From positions 1-32,147 of the forward strand of contig JAJYNV010000096.1 of NCBI GenBank assembly GCA_021786135.1: a stretch of DNA of 32,147 bases. The letters are read 5' to 3'. The notes beneath the pieces were generated by a model, which was given only the letters and a program-made list of their open reading frames with translations, was not told the origin of the DNA and did not search any database. The translations under genes and the position numbers were made by a program. Positions 1 through 8,066 of this stretch are shown here, piece by piece (position 1 is the stretch's first letter; every line of letters starts with the position of its first letter). This DNA comes from Bacillota bacterium (lineage in GTDB: Bacteria > Bacillota > Sulfobacillia > JAJZYS01 > JAJYTV01).

Positions 1-1407
1 GAGGATGGGCCAGTCGGCGATGGCGTCGGAGCCGTCGCGCATGGCCTCGGTCTCGCGGTAGGGGGAGGCGACGGAGCCGGTGTCGTGGTGGTCGCGGCCG
101 AAGACGATGGGGGCCTTGAGCTCGCCCTTCCTGACCATGTCGTTGACGCGGACGCCGAACTCCTCGCGTTCGCCGAAGCCGAGGTAGGCGATGCGTGCGG
201 GTAGGCCCTGGAAGTGGATGTGCTTGCCGGCGAGGGTGATCCAGCGGCGCATGGGGGCGTTCTCGGGGAACATGTCGAGCACGAGCCGATCGGTCTTGTA
301 GATGTCCTCAGGATCGCCGGAGAGGGCGGCCCAGCGGAAGGGACCCTTACCCTGGGCGAAGAGGTCGCGGATGTAGGCCGGCACGTAGCCGGGGATGTCG
401 AAGGCGTCCTTGACGCCGGCGTCGTAGGCCTCGCGGCGGATGTTGTTGCCGTACTCGAAGCTCTCGGCGCCGCGGCGCAGGAGCGTGAGCCAGAGCTCGA
501 CGTGGTGGGCGATCGAGGCGCGGGCGAGGCGCAGGTACTGCTCGGGGTCCTTGGCCCTGAGAGAGGCCGCCGCCGCGACGTCGTAGCCGTCCGGGATGTA
601 GCCGACCAGGGGGTCGTGGGCCGCCGTCTGGTCCGAAAGCACGTCGGGCGTGATGTTCTCCCGCACGAGATACGAGAGCAGATCCGACGCGTGGCACTGC
701 ACCGCGATCGAGCGGGCCTCGCCCCGCGCCTTCGCCTCGAGCGCCGCCTTGACGCCGGCCTCGATCGACGGCGCCACTTCGTCGAGGTAGCCGGAGTCGA
801 GCCGCTTCTGGATGCGCGCGGGATCGACCTCCGCGAGAAGCGCCACCGCGTCCATCATCTTGCCCGCCAGGGGCTGCGCGCCGCCCATGCCGCCGAGACC
901 GGCCGAGACGTAGAGCCGGCCGCGCAAGGTCTCCTGGCCGAACTTCTGCTGCGAGAGCGCCGCCATCGTCTCGAACGTGCCCTGGATCACGCCCTGCGAG
1001 CCGATGTAGATCCACGAGCCCGCCGTCATCTGGCCGAACATCGTCAGACCCATCGCCTCGAGCCGGTTGAACTCCTCGAGTGTCGCCCACTTGCCCACGA
1101 GGTTCGCGTTCGCGATCAGGACCCTGGGCGCCTCGGGCTGCGTGCGGAACACCGCCACCGGCTTGCCCGACTGCACCAGGAGAGTCTCGTCGTTCTCGAG
1201 CCCCCTGAGCGTCGCCACGATCGCCTCGAACGCCTCCCACGAGCGCGCCGCACGCCCTCGACCGCCGTAGACGATCAGCTCGTCCGGCTTCTCGCCCACC
1301 CGGCGGTCCAGGTTGTTCATCAGCATCCGCATCGCCGCTTCCTGCGGCCAGCCCTTGCATGTCAACTGATTGCCCGTCGGTGCCTGGATCTCTCTTGGCT
1401 GGGACAA
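1..1407 (-). CDS. hutU: urocanate hydratase (urocanase); C-terminal end cut by the window edge
   Basis: Not in the ORF track because it runs off the window. The reverse frame ending at nt 1 is open from TTG at 1407, with GGGAGG at 1415-1420 and a 7-nt spacer. Translation: [118 protein letters not shown]. These are the conserved urocanase blocks. The track ORFs 214..1428(+) and 347..1651(-) are its shadows. Confidence 0.9.
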   Translation of the reverse strand, partial: MSQPREIQAPTGNQLTCKGWPQEAAMRMLMNNLDRRVGEKPDELIVYGGRGRAARSWEAFEAIVATLRGLENDETLLVQSGKPVAVFRTQPEAPRVLIANANLVGKWATLEEFNRLEAMGLTMFGQMTAGSWIYIGSQGVIQGTFETMAALSQQKFGQETLRGRLYVSAGLGGMGGAQPLAGKMMDAVALLAEVDPARIQKRLDSGYLDEVAPSIEAGVKAALEAKARGEARSIAVQCHASDLLSYLVRENITPDVLSDQTAAHDPLVGYIPDGYDVAAAASLRAKDPEQYLRLARASIAHHVELWLTLLRRGAESFEYGNNIRREAYDAGVKDAFDIPGYVPAYIRDLFAQGKGPFRWAALSGDPEDIYKTDRLVLDMFPENAPMRRWITLAGKHIHFQGLPARIAYLGFGEREEFGVRVNDMVRKGELKAPIVFGRDHHDTGSVASPYRETEAMRDGSDAIADWPIL

Positions 1408-1424
1408 GAAAAGGCCTCCCTGAA

Positions 1425-2234
1425 CTAGATATTCCCGTTTTCCGCGTGCTCTCCGAGCCGGCCGAGGATGCTCTCGATGCGCACCGCGCTCGCCTGCAGG
1501 AGAGGCAGCACCCTGGGCACCTTCTCCGCGGTGAAACGGAAGGCGGGCCCGGTGACCGACAGCGCCGCGCGTGCGTAGCCGCGGCCGCTCGGCCGGAGCG
1601 GCACGGCGAGCGCCCGCACTTCGTCGTCCATCTCGCCGACCGAGTGCGCATAGCCGAGCCTGCGCACCTGTTCCAGGTTCTCGCGCAGATCGTCCGCGTC
1701 CGTGATGGTGGCCTCCGTGTAAGGGCTGAGACCGCCCTTGATCACGGCGGTAAGCACGTCCTCGGGCAGGAAGGCGAGCAGCGCACGTACCGTGGCGCCG
1801 GCGTAGAGCGGCTCCATCCGGCCCTTGGCGAAGGAGAGCCGCACCGCTTCCTGACTCTCGACGCGTTCGACGCAGACGCCGAAGATGCCGGCGGCCTCCA
1901 CGAGCAGCACGGTCTCGGACGTCAGCCGGCTGAGTTCGCGCATCACCGGCCGGGCGAGATCGGGCAGGGGGTCCCGCAGCTGCAACCGCCGCGCGAGCGC
2001 CTCCACCCGCTCGCCCAGGCGTATCGCGCCACCCCCTGAACTCTCGAGATAGCCTGCCTCGCGGAGCCCCTGGATGTACCGGTAGGCGGTGGACGGCGGC
2101 AGGCCGGCCTGCTGCGCCAGGTCGGCGACGGTCAGTTCCGGCTCGTCTACCGTCGCGAAGACGGCCAGCAGGCGAAGGCCCCGTTCGAGGCTCGAACCGC
2201 TGCGACGCGCCAACGCGCGTACCTCCTTTGGCAT
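1425..2234 (-). CDS. IclR-family transcriptional regulator, immediately upstream of hutU
   Basis: This is the C-terminal 269 aa of track ORF 1425..2753(-). It has an N-terminal HTH ([50 protein letters not shown]) and an IclR effector domain ([34 protein letters not shown]). ATG at 2234 has no SD. An alternative TTG at 2213 sits 7 nt after a perfect AAGGAGGT (2221-2228), so the true start may be 2213. The stop is 17 nt before the hutU start. Confidence 0.85.
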   Translation of the reverse strand: MPKEVRALARRSGSSLERGLRLLAVFATVDEPELTVADLAQQAGLPPSTAYRYIQGLREAGYLESSGGGAIRLGERVEALARRLQLRDPLPDLARPVMRELSRLTSETVLLVEAAGIFGVCVERVESQEAVRLSFAKGRMEPLYAGATVRALLAFLPEDVLTAVIKGGLSPYTEATITDADDLRENLEQVRRLGYAHSVGEMDDEVRALAVPLRPSGRGYARAALSVTGPAFRFTAEKVPRVLPLLQASAVRIESILGRLGEHAENGNI

Positions 2235-2237
2235 TCC

Positions 2238-2265
2238 CGTAGAATGAGAACTTTCTCGTAGAATG
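2238..2265. promoter_or_regulatory. direct repeat CGTAGAATG x2 in the divergent IclR/SDR control region
   Basis: CGTAGAATG occurs at 2238-2246 and again at 2257-2265, with starts 19 nt apart. Each copy contains a TAGAAT -10-like hexamer on the + strand. The repeat lies just upstream of the IclR start codon. Confidence 0.3.
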
Positions 2266-2480
2266 CTGCGAAGTGATTCGCGCGGCGGCGTTCGCTTCCT
2301 GCCTTGTGAAGCAAGGGACACATGGTCCGAATGTCGCAAGTTGTCGGTCTTAAGGCGTGGGGTGCCGTAGGACCCTTTGGCCTGCGAAAGTGTACGACCC
2401 GAGGCGTACGACGTGGGCTGGACGCAGGCGCGCGGCGCTCCCGATACGCTTGGGCCGAAGACTCCCTGAGGAGGTTTCCC

Positions 2481-3245
2481 ATGGCGACATCTGCCGAGTG
2501 GCCCCAAGAGCCGCCCGTTTTGCTCCTTACCGGCGCTTCCAAAGGACTCGGTCTGGCCCTGGCGCAGGCCTGGGCCGCCACGGGCAGAGCGCTCGCGATC
2601 GCCGCGCGCGAGCGTGGCCGGCTGATGAGAGTCCGCGCCGAGCTCGAGGCTATGGGCGCGAGGGTGCTGGCGTACCCGGGCGATGTGGGCGATCCGGACT
2701 TTGCGGCTCAGGTCGCCGCGGCGACGGCGCGCAGCCTCGGCCCTGTCACACACCTCGTCACCTGCGCCTCGTCGCTCGGACCATTGCCGCTCGGCCCGCT
2801 CGCGGACGTGGGCGACCCGGGCTGGGACGCCGTCTGGCGCACCAACACGCTGGGCGCGGTGCGGCTATGGCGCGAGGTGTTGCCGGCCATGGAAGGGGAG
2901 CTGGGCGGCGGTCGCATCGTGTACGTCTCGTCCGACGCCGCGGTCGAGGCGTACCCGCACTGGGGCCCGTACGGCGCCACCAAGGCCGCCGGGGATCATC
3001 TGGTGCGGATCCTGGCGGCCGAGCTCGCCGCGCATGGACACACGGATGTCCGCGTCTACGCCGTCGATCCGGGCGACATGGACACGGATCTCCACCGCGC
3101 GGCGGTTCCCGACGCCGATCCAGGGGATCTCCTGCGGCCGGAGGAGGTCGCCCCGGCCGTGATGGAGCTGCTGCTGCGCTCGCCTGCGCTGCCCTCGGGC
3201 CGCTACCGCGCGGCGGAGATCGCGGCAGTGGGAGGCGCGCGATGA
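2481..3245 (+). CDS. short-chain dehydrogenase/reductase (SDR) family oxidoreductase
   Basis: ATG at 2481 is preceded by GAGGAGG (2468-2474). It has the TGxxxGxG cofactor motif (LLLTGASKGLGLALA), the catalytic Ser (VYVSSDAA) and YxxxK (YGATKAAGDH). The upstream part of track ORF 2322..3245 lacks these features. Confidence 0.85.
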   Translation: MATSAEWPQEPPVLLLTGASKGLGLALAQAWAATGRALAIAARERGRLMRVRAELEAMGARVLAYPGDVGDPDFAAQVAAATARSLGPVTHLVTCASSLGPLPLGPLADVGDPGWDAVWRTNTLGAVRLWREVLPAMEGELGGGRIVYVSSDAAVEAYPHWGPYGATKAAGDHLVRILAAELAAHGHTDVRVYAVDPGDMDTDLHRAAVPDADPGDLLRPEEVAPAVMELLLRSPALPSGRYRAAEIAAVGGAR

Positions 3246-4348
3246 GCGCGGCGGTCCGTGCCATGTCGGGCGAGCCGGACCTCGATCTCGGCATCGCGCC
3301 CGACCGTCTGCTCCCGGCCCGGGAGCCCGCGGAGATTCGCGGCGCGGGGCGCGACGACGTCCGCCTCCTGCTGCAGGAACGGGATTCGGGCATCTTGCGG
3401 CACCAGAGCTTCCGGGACCTCGCCGAGATCCTGCGGCCGGGCGACCTCCTGGTCGTCAACAGGTCGGCGACCTTGCCCGCGAGTCTGCCGGCCAGGGACG
3501 GGCGTGGAGTCGCGCTGCGCATCCATGTCGCACGGCGCCAGGGCCCCGGTTGCTATCGGGTCGAGGCGCGCAGCGCCGACGGCCTGAGCCCGGCGGAGCA
3601 TGTGCCCGCGCCCGGTGCGCAGATCTTCCTCGAACGCGGACACGGCGAGCGCCTCGCGCTCGAAGTGCTGCGTCGAGCCAGCCCGGACTCGCGGCAGATC
3701 GTGGTGGCCGTGGAGGGCGCCAGGAGCCTCGGGCCCTGGCTGGCGGAGATCGGTGCGCCGATCCGTTACGGCTATGTGACGCGGGCCTGGCCGCTCGAGT
3801 TCTACCAGACGGTCTTCGCGGGGCCGCCGGGATCGGCGGAAATGCCGTCCGCGGCACGCCCGTTCACCCTGAGCATCCTGGCGAGTCTCAGGCGGCGAGG
3901 GGTCCGCGTCGCCGGACTCGTCCTGCACTGCGGCCTCTCGAGCGAGGAGGTGACAGGCCGTCTGGCGGATCACTTCCTGCCGCCCGAGCCATTCTGGCTG
4001 CCGCAGGCGACGGTGCGCGCCATCCTCGAGACGCGGGCCGGCGGCGGACGCGTCGTGGCGGTCGGAACGACAGTGGTGCGCGCCCTCATGAGCGCGTCGC
4101 CCGAGGGTCGGCTGGTGCCCAGGCGCGGTCTCGCCGGGGCCGTGGCGCGGCCGGGCGCCGACGTGCACCTGATCGACGGCATGCTCACGGGGCTCCACAC
4201 GCCCCGCAGCTCGCATCTCGCCATGCTCGAGGCCTTCGCGCCGCCCGGGCATCTGCGGGACGCCTACGAGGCGGCGATCGAGCGTGGATATCTCTGGCAC
4301 GAGTTCGGCGACATGCACCTCATTCTGCCAGGCGTCCGCCGCGCCTGA
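3242..4348 (+). CDS. QueA-like protein (S-adenosylmethionine:tRNA ribosyltransferase-isomerase family paralog)
   Basis: ATG at 3242 overlaps the SDR stop (ATGA). QueA-type blocks are present: DLLVVNRSATLPA, YQTVFAGPPGSAEMPSAARPFT, VLHCGLSS, GGRVVAVGTTVVRAL, IDGMLTGLHTPRSSHLAMLEAF, YLWHEFGDMHLIL. The first 295 aa of track ORF 2357..4348 are an Arg-rich shadow of the SDR gene. Confidence 0.8.
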   Translation: MSAAVRAMSGEPDLDLGIAPDRLLPAREPAEIRGAGRDDVRLLLQERDSGILRHQSFRDLAEILRPGDLLVVNRSATLPASLPARDGRGVALRIHVARRQGPGCYRVEARSADGLSPAEHVPAPGAQIFLERGHGERLALEVLRRASPDSRQIVVAVEGARSLGPWLAEIGAPIRYGYVTRAWPLEFYQTVFAGPPGSAEMPSAARPFTLSILASLRRRGVRVAGLVLHCGLSSEEVTGRLADHFLPPEPFWLPQATVRAILETRAGGGRVVAVGTTVVRALMSASPEGRLVPRRGLAGAVARPGADVHLIDGMLTGLHTPRSSHLAMLEAFAPPGHLRDAYEAAIERGYLWHEFGDMHLILPGVRRA

Positions 4349-4379
4349 TGCGGTACTCTCGAGTGGGGAGGTGGTCCGC

Positions 4380-5903
4380 ATGGCTACGACGCCCCTCGGG
4401 CGGAGCGATGCCCTCAGGCGCGTGGCGGAGGCGCTCAACGAGACGCTCGATGCGGAGGCGGCCATCGTCGCTCTTCTGCCGGAGCTCGAGCAGCTCCTCG
4501 GCTTGCGCACGGCCTGGGCCTTCCGCTACCGGCCCGATCGCGGCGACTTCGTCAAGATCGCCGCCACCGGGCTGCCGCCGGCCCTTGCGGCGGACAACCA
4601 GCAGGCGCTCGAAGAGCAGGGCTGCGAATGCCAGCGCCGCTTCCACGCCGGCCAGCTGGGTGAGGCCGTGAACATGGTGACATGCTCTCGCCTGCGCGAC
4701 GCGAACGGGGACAAGGAGGGCCTCGTGCTGCACGCCAGCGTGCCGCTGCGGCGCGGCGAACACGCCCTTGGCATCCTCAACGTGGCCGCGCCCGGACGGA
4801 CGCACTTCGACGAGGAGTCGCTGGCGCTGCTCTCGGTGGTCGGGAGTCAGTTCGCGGTCGCGCTCGGCCGCGCGGAGTCGCAGGCGGCGGCGGAGCGCAG
4901 GGCCGGGCAGCTCGAGGCGCTCGCCGATGTGGCGACGGAGCTGGCGGCCGCGAGCGATCCTCCCGCCATCCTGCAGCTCGCCGCCAGGCTCGGCGCGAAG
5001 CGGCTCGGCATCCCCTATGTCGCCTTCACCTCCGCACCGGGCGGACAGGTGCTGGCCTCGTCCGCCGGGCCCGGTGCGCGCGCCGGGGACGCGGTATCCA
5101 GCGACCAGGAAGGGAGCGCGCCTGCGCATGGCCGCGCGGCGGTGCGCCACGCCGTCTCGGCGTCCGAAGTTCTCCAGGCGGAGACATGCGAGCCGCAGTT
5201 CGATCCGACCGACCTCGCGGTTCTCGAGGCCTTCGCGGCGCTGATGCGCAGCGTGCTCGCCGCCGCGCGCCGGCAGGAGGATTTGCGTCGCGCCGCCGTG
5301 GTCGAGGAACGCCAGCGCATCGCCGCGGACCTGCACGACGCCGTGAGCCAGCGGCTGTTCGCGGCCATCCTCGGGGTGCGCGCGGCGCGGATCGCCGCCG
5401 CGCGGGATCCCGTGTCCTCCAGTCGTCAGCTTGCGACCGCCGAAGAGCAGATGCGCCTTGCCCAGGGCGAATTGCGCACGTTGGCCCACACGTTGCTCCT
5501 CGCGGCACCGCAGGATGTTGGCGCTGCCCTGCGGGAACTGGTCCACGCCTTCTCCGTAGGCGACGGACCGCGGCTGTCCGCCCGCATCGGAGAAGGGCCG
5601 GAGATCGGCCCCCTGGCCGCCCAGGCGGTCCTGCGGGTTGCGCAGGAGGCCCTGCACAACGCCGTCCGACATGCCGGGGCGGCGCGCATCCGCCTGAGGT
5701 TTGGCCGGCGCCGCGGCGCCGTGGTGCTCGAGGTGCAGGACGACGGACGCGGATTCGCCGCCGGTCTCCCGCGCGGCGCGGGCCTCGGCTCCATGCAGGC
5801 GCGCGCCGATGCGATAGGCGCGCGCCTGAGCATCCGCAGTGCTCCCGGCCGTGGCGTGACCGTGACACTCAGCCTGCCCGAAGAAGGAGGGGGGAGCCGG
5901 TGA
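4380..5903 (+). CDS. cytoplasmic sensor histidine kinase, GAF-type N-terminus plus HisKA_3/HATPase (NarL-partner class)
   Basis: ATG at 4380 follows GGGGAGGTGG (4365-4374). No hydrophobic TM segments are visible. The GAF-like N-terminal region reads ALGILNVAAPGRTHFDEESLALLSVVGSQFAVAL. The phospho-acceptor box is EERQRIAADLHDAVSQRLFA. The ATPase boxes are EALHNAVRHAGA, DDGRGF and GLGSMQARADAIGARLSI. Confidence 0.85.
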   Translation: MATTPLGRSDALRRVAEALNETLDAEAAIVALLPELEQLLGLRTAWAFRYRPDRGDFVKIAATGLPPALAADNQQALEEQGCECQRRFHAGQLGEAVNMVTCSRLRDANGDKEGLVLHASVPLRRGEHALGILNVAAPGRTHFDEESLALLSVVGSQFAVALGRAESQAAAERRAGQLEALADVATELAAASDPPAILQLAARLGAKRLGIPYVAFTSAPGGQVLASSAGPGARAGDAVSSDQEGSAPAHGRAAVRHAVSASEVLQAETCEPQFDPTDLAVLEAFAALMRSVLAAARRQEDLRRAAVVEERQRIAADLHDAVSQRLFAAILGVRAARIAAARDPVSSSRQLATAEEQMRLAQGELRTLAHTLLLAAPQDVGAALRELVHAFSVGDGPRLSARIGEGPEIGPLAAQAVLRVAQEALHNAVRHAGAARIRLRFGRRRGAVVLEVQDDGRGFAAGLPRGAGLGSMQARADAIGARLSIRSAPGRGVTVTLSLPEEGGGSR

Positions 5904-6559
5904 ATGCCCCGGTCACCGTCATGATCGTCGACGACCATCCCATGGTGCGTCAGGGGCTCGCGGCATTCCTCGGCCTCGCGGAAGATCTTAGGCTGGTGGG
6001 CGAAGCGGGCGATCTCGAGAACGCGCTCGCAGACGCGCGCAGGCTGGAACCTGACGTCGTCCTGCTGGACCTCGTCCTGCCAGGTGTGCAGGGCGCCGGC
6101 GCCGTGGCGGCGATGCGCACCGCGCTGCCGGGATCCCGCATACTCGTACTGACCTCGTTCGCCGAGCCGGAGCGCGTGATAGCGGCGCTGAGCGCCGGAG
6201 CCGACGGCTACCTGGCGAAGACGGTCGCGCCCGAAGATCTCCTGAGCGCGGTGCGGCAGATTGCCAAGGGGCGTTCGGTGCTGGACGCAGGCGTACGTGA
6301 CGCGGCGTCGCGTCGCGACGGCGTTCGGTTGCCCACCGGGGAGCGCCTGACCGGCCGTGAGATGGAGGTCCTGGCCCTGATCGCCGAAGGCTGGGACAAC
6401 AGGGATATCTCAGGCCGCCTTAGCATCGCCGAGAAGACGGTCAAGGTGCACGTCGGGCGGATCTATGCCAAGCTCGGCGCGCAGAACCGGGCGCAGGCCG
6501 TGGTGCTGGCCGCGCGCGCAGGGCTCGTGTCCTTGGCGACCGGAGGGACCGGGTCCTAG
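5900..6559 (+). CDS. NarL/LuxR-family response regulator (REC + HTH)
   Basis: GTG at 5900 overlaps the kinase stop (GTGA), with AAGGAGGGGGG upstream. The receiver domain shows VMIVDDHPMVRQGL..DVVLLDLVLPG..LTSF..GADGYLAK. The LuxR HTH shows LTGREMEVLALIAEGWDNRDISGRLSIAEKTVKVHVGRIYAKLG. Only the tail of track ORF 4682..6559 is real. Confidence 0.9.
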   Translation: MNAPVTVMIVDDHPMVRQGLAAFLGLAEDLRLVGEAGDLENALADARRLEPDVVLLDLVLPGVQGAGAVAAMRTALPGSRILVLTSFAEPERVIAALSAGADGYLAKTVAPEDLLSAVRQIAKGRSVLDAGVRDAASRRDGVRLPTGERLTGREMEVLALIAEGWDNRDISGRLSIAEKTVKVHVGRIYAKLGAQNRAQAVVLAARAGLVSLATGGTGS

Positions 6560-6978
6560 TCGGCCCGGAGGTCCTCCTTCAAGTCTGCGACTTCGGCAGC
6601 GATCAGGTCCCGCACGCGCCGGAACACCATGAGTTGATCCTCTTCCTCGCCTACGGCCTTCGCGGGGTCTTCAAGGCCCCAATGCAGGCGCAGCACTTCG
6701 GGCGGCGTCAGGGGACAACGCTCTTCCGCGTCGCCGCAGAGCGTGACGGCGATGTGGGCGGACCTGAGGCGGTCCGCGTCGATCGGCTTGCTGAAGTGGT
6801 GCGATATGTCGATGCCCACCTCCGCCATGGCGCGGACGGCGAGCGGATTGAGGATCGATGGTTCGAGCCCGCCGCTCAGGATCTCGAAGCGGTCGCCGAG
6901 CGCCGCCCTGGCGTAGCCTTCGGCCATCTGGCTGCGGGCCGAGTTGCCGGTGCAGATGAAGTAGATCAGGGGCTTCAT
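6556..6978 (-). CDS. arsC: arsenate reductase, thioredoxin-coupled LMW-PTP type
   Basis: ATG at 6978 has GGAGG 5 nt upstream. The P-loop is CTGNSARSQMAEG, and the downstream Cys pair is VTLCGDAEERCP, as in the Gram-positive ArsC family. The stop overlaps the convergent regulator stop by 3 nt. No arsR or arsB is nearby. Confidence 0.85.
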   Translation of the reverse strand: MKPLIYFICTGNSARSQMAEGYARAALGDRFEILSGGLEPSILNPLAVRAMAEVGIDISHHFSKPIDADRLRSAHIAVTLCGDAEERCPLTPPEVLRLHWGLEDPAKAVGEEEDQLMVFRRVRDLIAAEVADLKEDLRAD

Positions 6979-7257
6979 GGGTTCCTCCTGTCGCGATGCG
7001 CACGTTGTGGATTCCACTCCCGACGCTAAAGGCAGCAAGTTGGCGACGCAAGTGAAGATCATGTTGCGCTTTCATGAAGGACGCCTATCGGGACCTGCCT
7101 TTGGGCCGCAGCCGGTGGGCGTCCGGCCTTTGGGCCAGCACAGGACGACTGGAGCGCGATGCGGCCGGGATACCACGGCGGAGGATTGAAACCAAACCCA
7201 GGCATGGAGTGTTCTAGCAGTGGAGACATCGCGTGTTATGCAAGGAGGACCGACCGC

Positions 7258-7617
7258 GTGTTGTCCACAGCAAGGCCCGCAGCTGCAAGGCGTCCCGTCC
7301 ATGTCATGTTGGCGGCCGTCGGCGTCGCCGGGTATCTCGGCCTCGTCTATGTGACGCAGATCCTTACGCCCAACCAGAGCGCATTTCCGATCTGGGTGAC
7401 GGAGATCTGGAACTACGGCTTCGCCGCCGTCGCGCTCGGCCTCATACATGTCGCCACCCTGCGCGTGAACCGACCCGAACCTCAGATCCCGACCGGTGCC
7501 CGGGCCTTTGGCCGGCTCGCTCTGGTCCTGCTTCTCGCCGGAGTGCTCATCGTTCTCTTCTGGCTTGCGGTCATCACCCGCTGGCCGCCATTCTGGGGGC
7601 TAGCGATTTTCGACTAA
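7258..7617 (+). CDS. small hypothetical membrane protein (about 3 TM helices)
   Basis: GTG at 7258 lies 9 nt after AAGGAGG (7242-7248). Hydrophobic segments are MLAAVGVAGYLGLVYV, YGFAAVALGLIHVATL and LALVLLLAGVLIVLFWLAVI. Third codon positions are GC-rich. No family was recognised. Confidence 0.55.
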   Translation: MLSTARPAAARRPVHVMLAAVGVAGYLGLVYVTQILTPNQSAFPIWVTEIWNYGFAAVALGLIHVATLRVNRPEPQIPTGARAFGRLALVLLLAGVLIVLFWLAVITRWPPFWGLAIFD

Positions 7618-7815
7618 CGGCTGGCTCATAGCGTTGGGCTACCCGGGGACGTCGCGAACGCCCTGGCCAACGTCATGCCCGGCGGCCTTGTGCCGACCGC
7701 CATCCTCGTCTATGTCTCCGTGCGCTATGTGCGGCGATACGGCGCTCTGGGCTACTACCTCGAGCCACTCGACTGGCTGCTCGACCTCGCTCTCATTGCA
7801 CTCGCGGCTTGCGAG
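7618..7815 (+). pseudogene. same-frame continuation of the membrane-protein gene after a TAA; 3' end lost at the islet junction
   Basis: Directly after the TAA at 7615-7617, the same frame stays open with high GC3 and hydrophobic content (..GLVPTAILVYVSVRYVRRYGALGYYLEPLDWLLDLALIALAA). It degenerates at about 7815, where the composition changes. The only in-frame ATG (7675) has no SD. Confidence 0.3.
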
Positions 7816-7816
7816 T

Positions 7817-8017
7817 TACCTGAGGAAAGCCGTCAATGTGAACGCTGCGGGCGTGCGAAAGATCAAGGACATCAAGCTGAAGGACTGGCGTGAAAACGCT
7901 CTGGTGCAGATTGCCGACATGTACTCCGGTGCAGTGTATCGTCTGATCACAAGAGGAGACGATCGGTTTTACAGACTCATCAAGAAGCAGGAAGAAGACT
8001 TCTGGAGATTTCGGTAG
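7817..8017 (+). pseudogene. 3' fragment (about 66 codons) of a foreign gene, DUF3800-like C-terminus
   Basis: My hand count gives about 51% GC for 7830-8017, against roughly two-thirds in the flanks. The frame encodes YLRKAVNVNAAGVRKIKDIKLKDWRENALVQIADMYSGAVYRLITRGDDRFYRLIKKQEEDFWRFR. The block LVQIAD..GAVY resembles the C-terminal conserved block I recall for DUF3800. There is no start codon, no RBS and no N-terminal part anywhere in the window. Confidence 0.4.
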
Positions 8018-8053
8018 AAAAAAGGCACGGAAGCAACTCACTGCTTCCGTGCC
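8018..8053 (-). terminator. rho-independent terminator (perfect 12-bp stem plus T6 on the minus strand)
   Basis: GGCACGGAAGCA (8024-8035) pairs with TGCTTCCGTGCC (8042-8053) around a 6-nt loop. A6 at 8018-8023 reads as T6 immediately after the hairpin on the minus strand. On the plus strand the same hairpin follows the stop of the gene fragment but has only a weak TTTCTC tail. Confidence 0.65.
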
Positions 8054-8066
8054 CGAGCTTTCTCAG

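Noticed and set aside
214-1651. Track ORFs 214..1428(+), 347..1651(-) and 1359..2039(+), each several hundred codons long.
   Set aside because: Their translations are Arg/Ala/Gly/Pro-rich and low in complexity, with no motifs. They overlap the clearly recognisable hutU and IclR frames. They are shadow ORFs typical of high-GC DNA.
2266-2480. A possible preQ1 or other riboswitch in the 245-nt leader upstream of the SDR / QueA-like genes.
   Set aside because: I could not find the preQ1-I/II consensus elements or any other riboswitch core I know. Only short 5-bp hairpins and a GTACGAC repeat are present. A cmscan would be needed to exclude one formally.
2357-5899. The N-terminal extensions of track ORFs 2357..4348 and 4682..6559, and the antisense ORFs 2758..3522(-), 3203..4510(-), 3550..4671(+), 4320..5672(-) and 5026..5868(-).
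   Set aside because: They are Arg-rich nonsense translations overlapping the SDR, QueA-like and kinase frames. The real genes begin at internal starts with good SDs and 4-nt overlaps.
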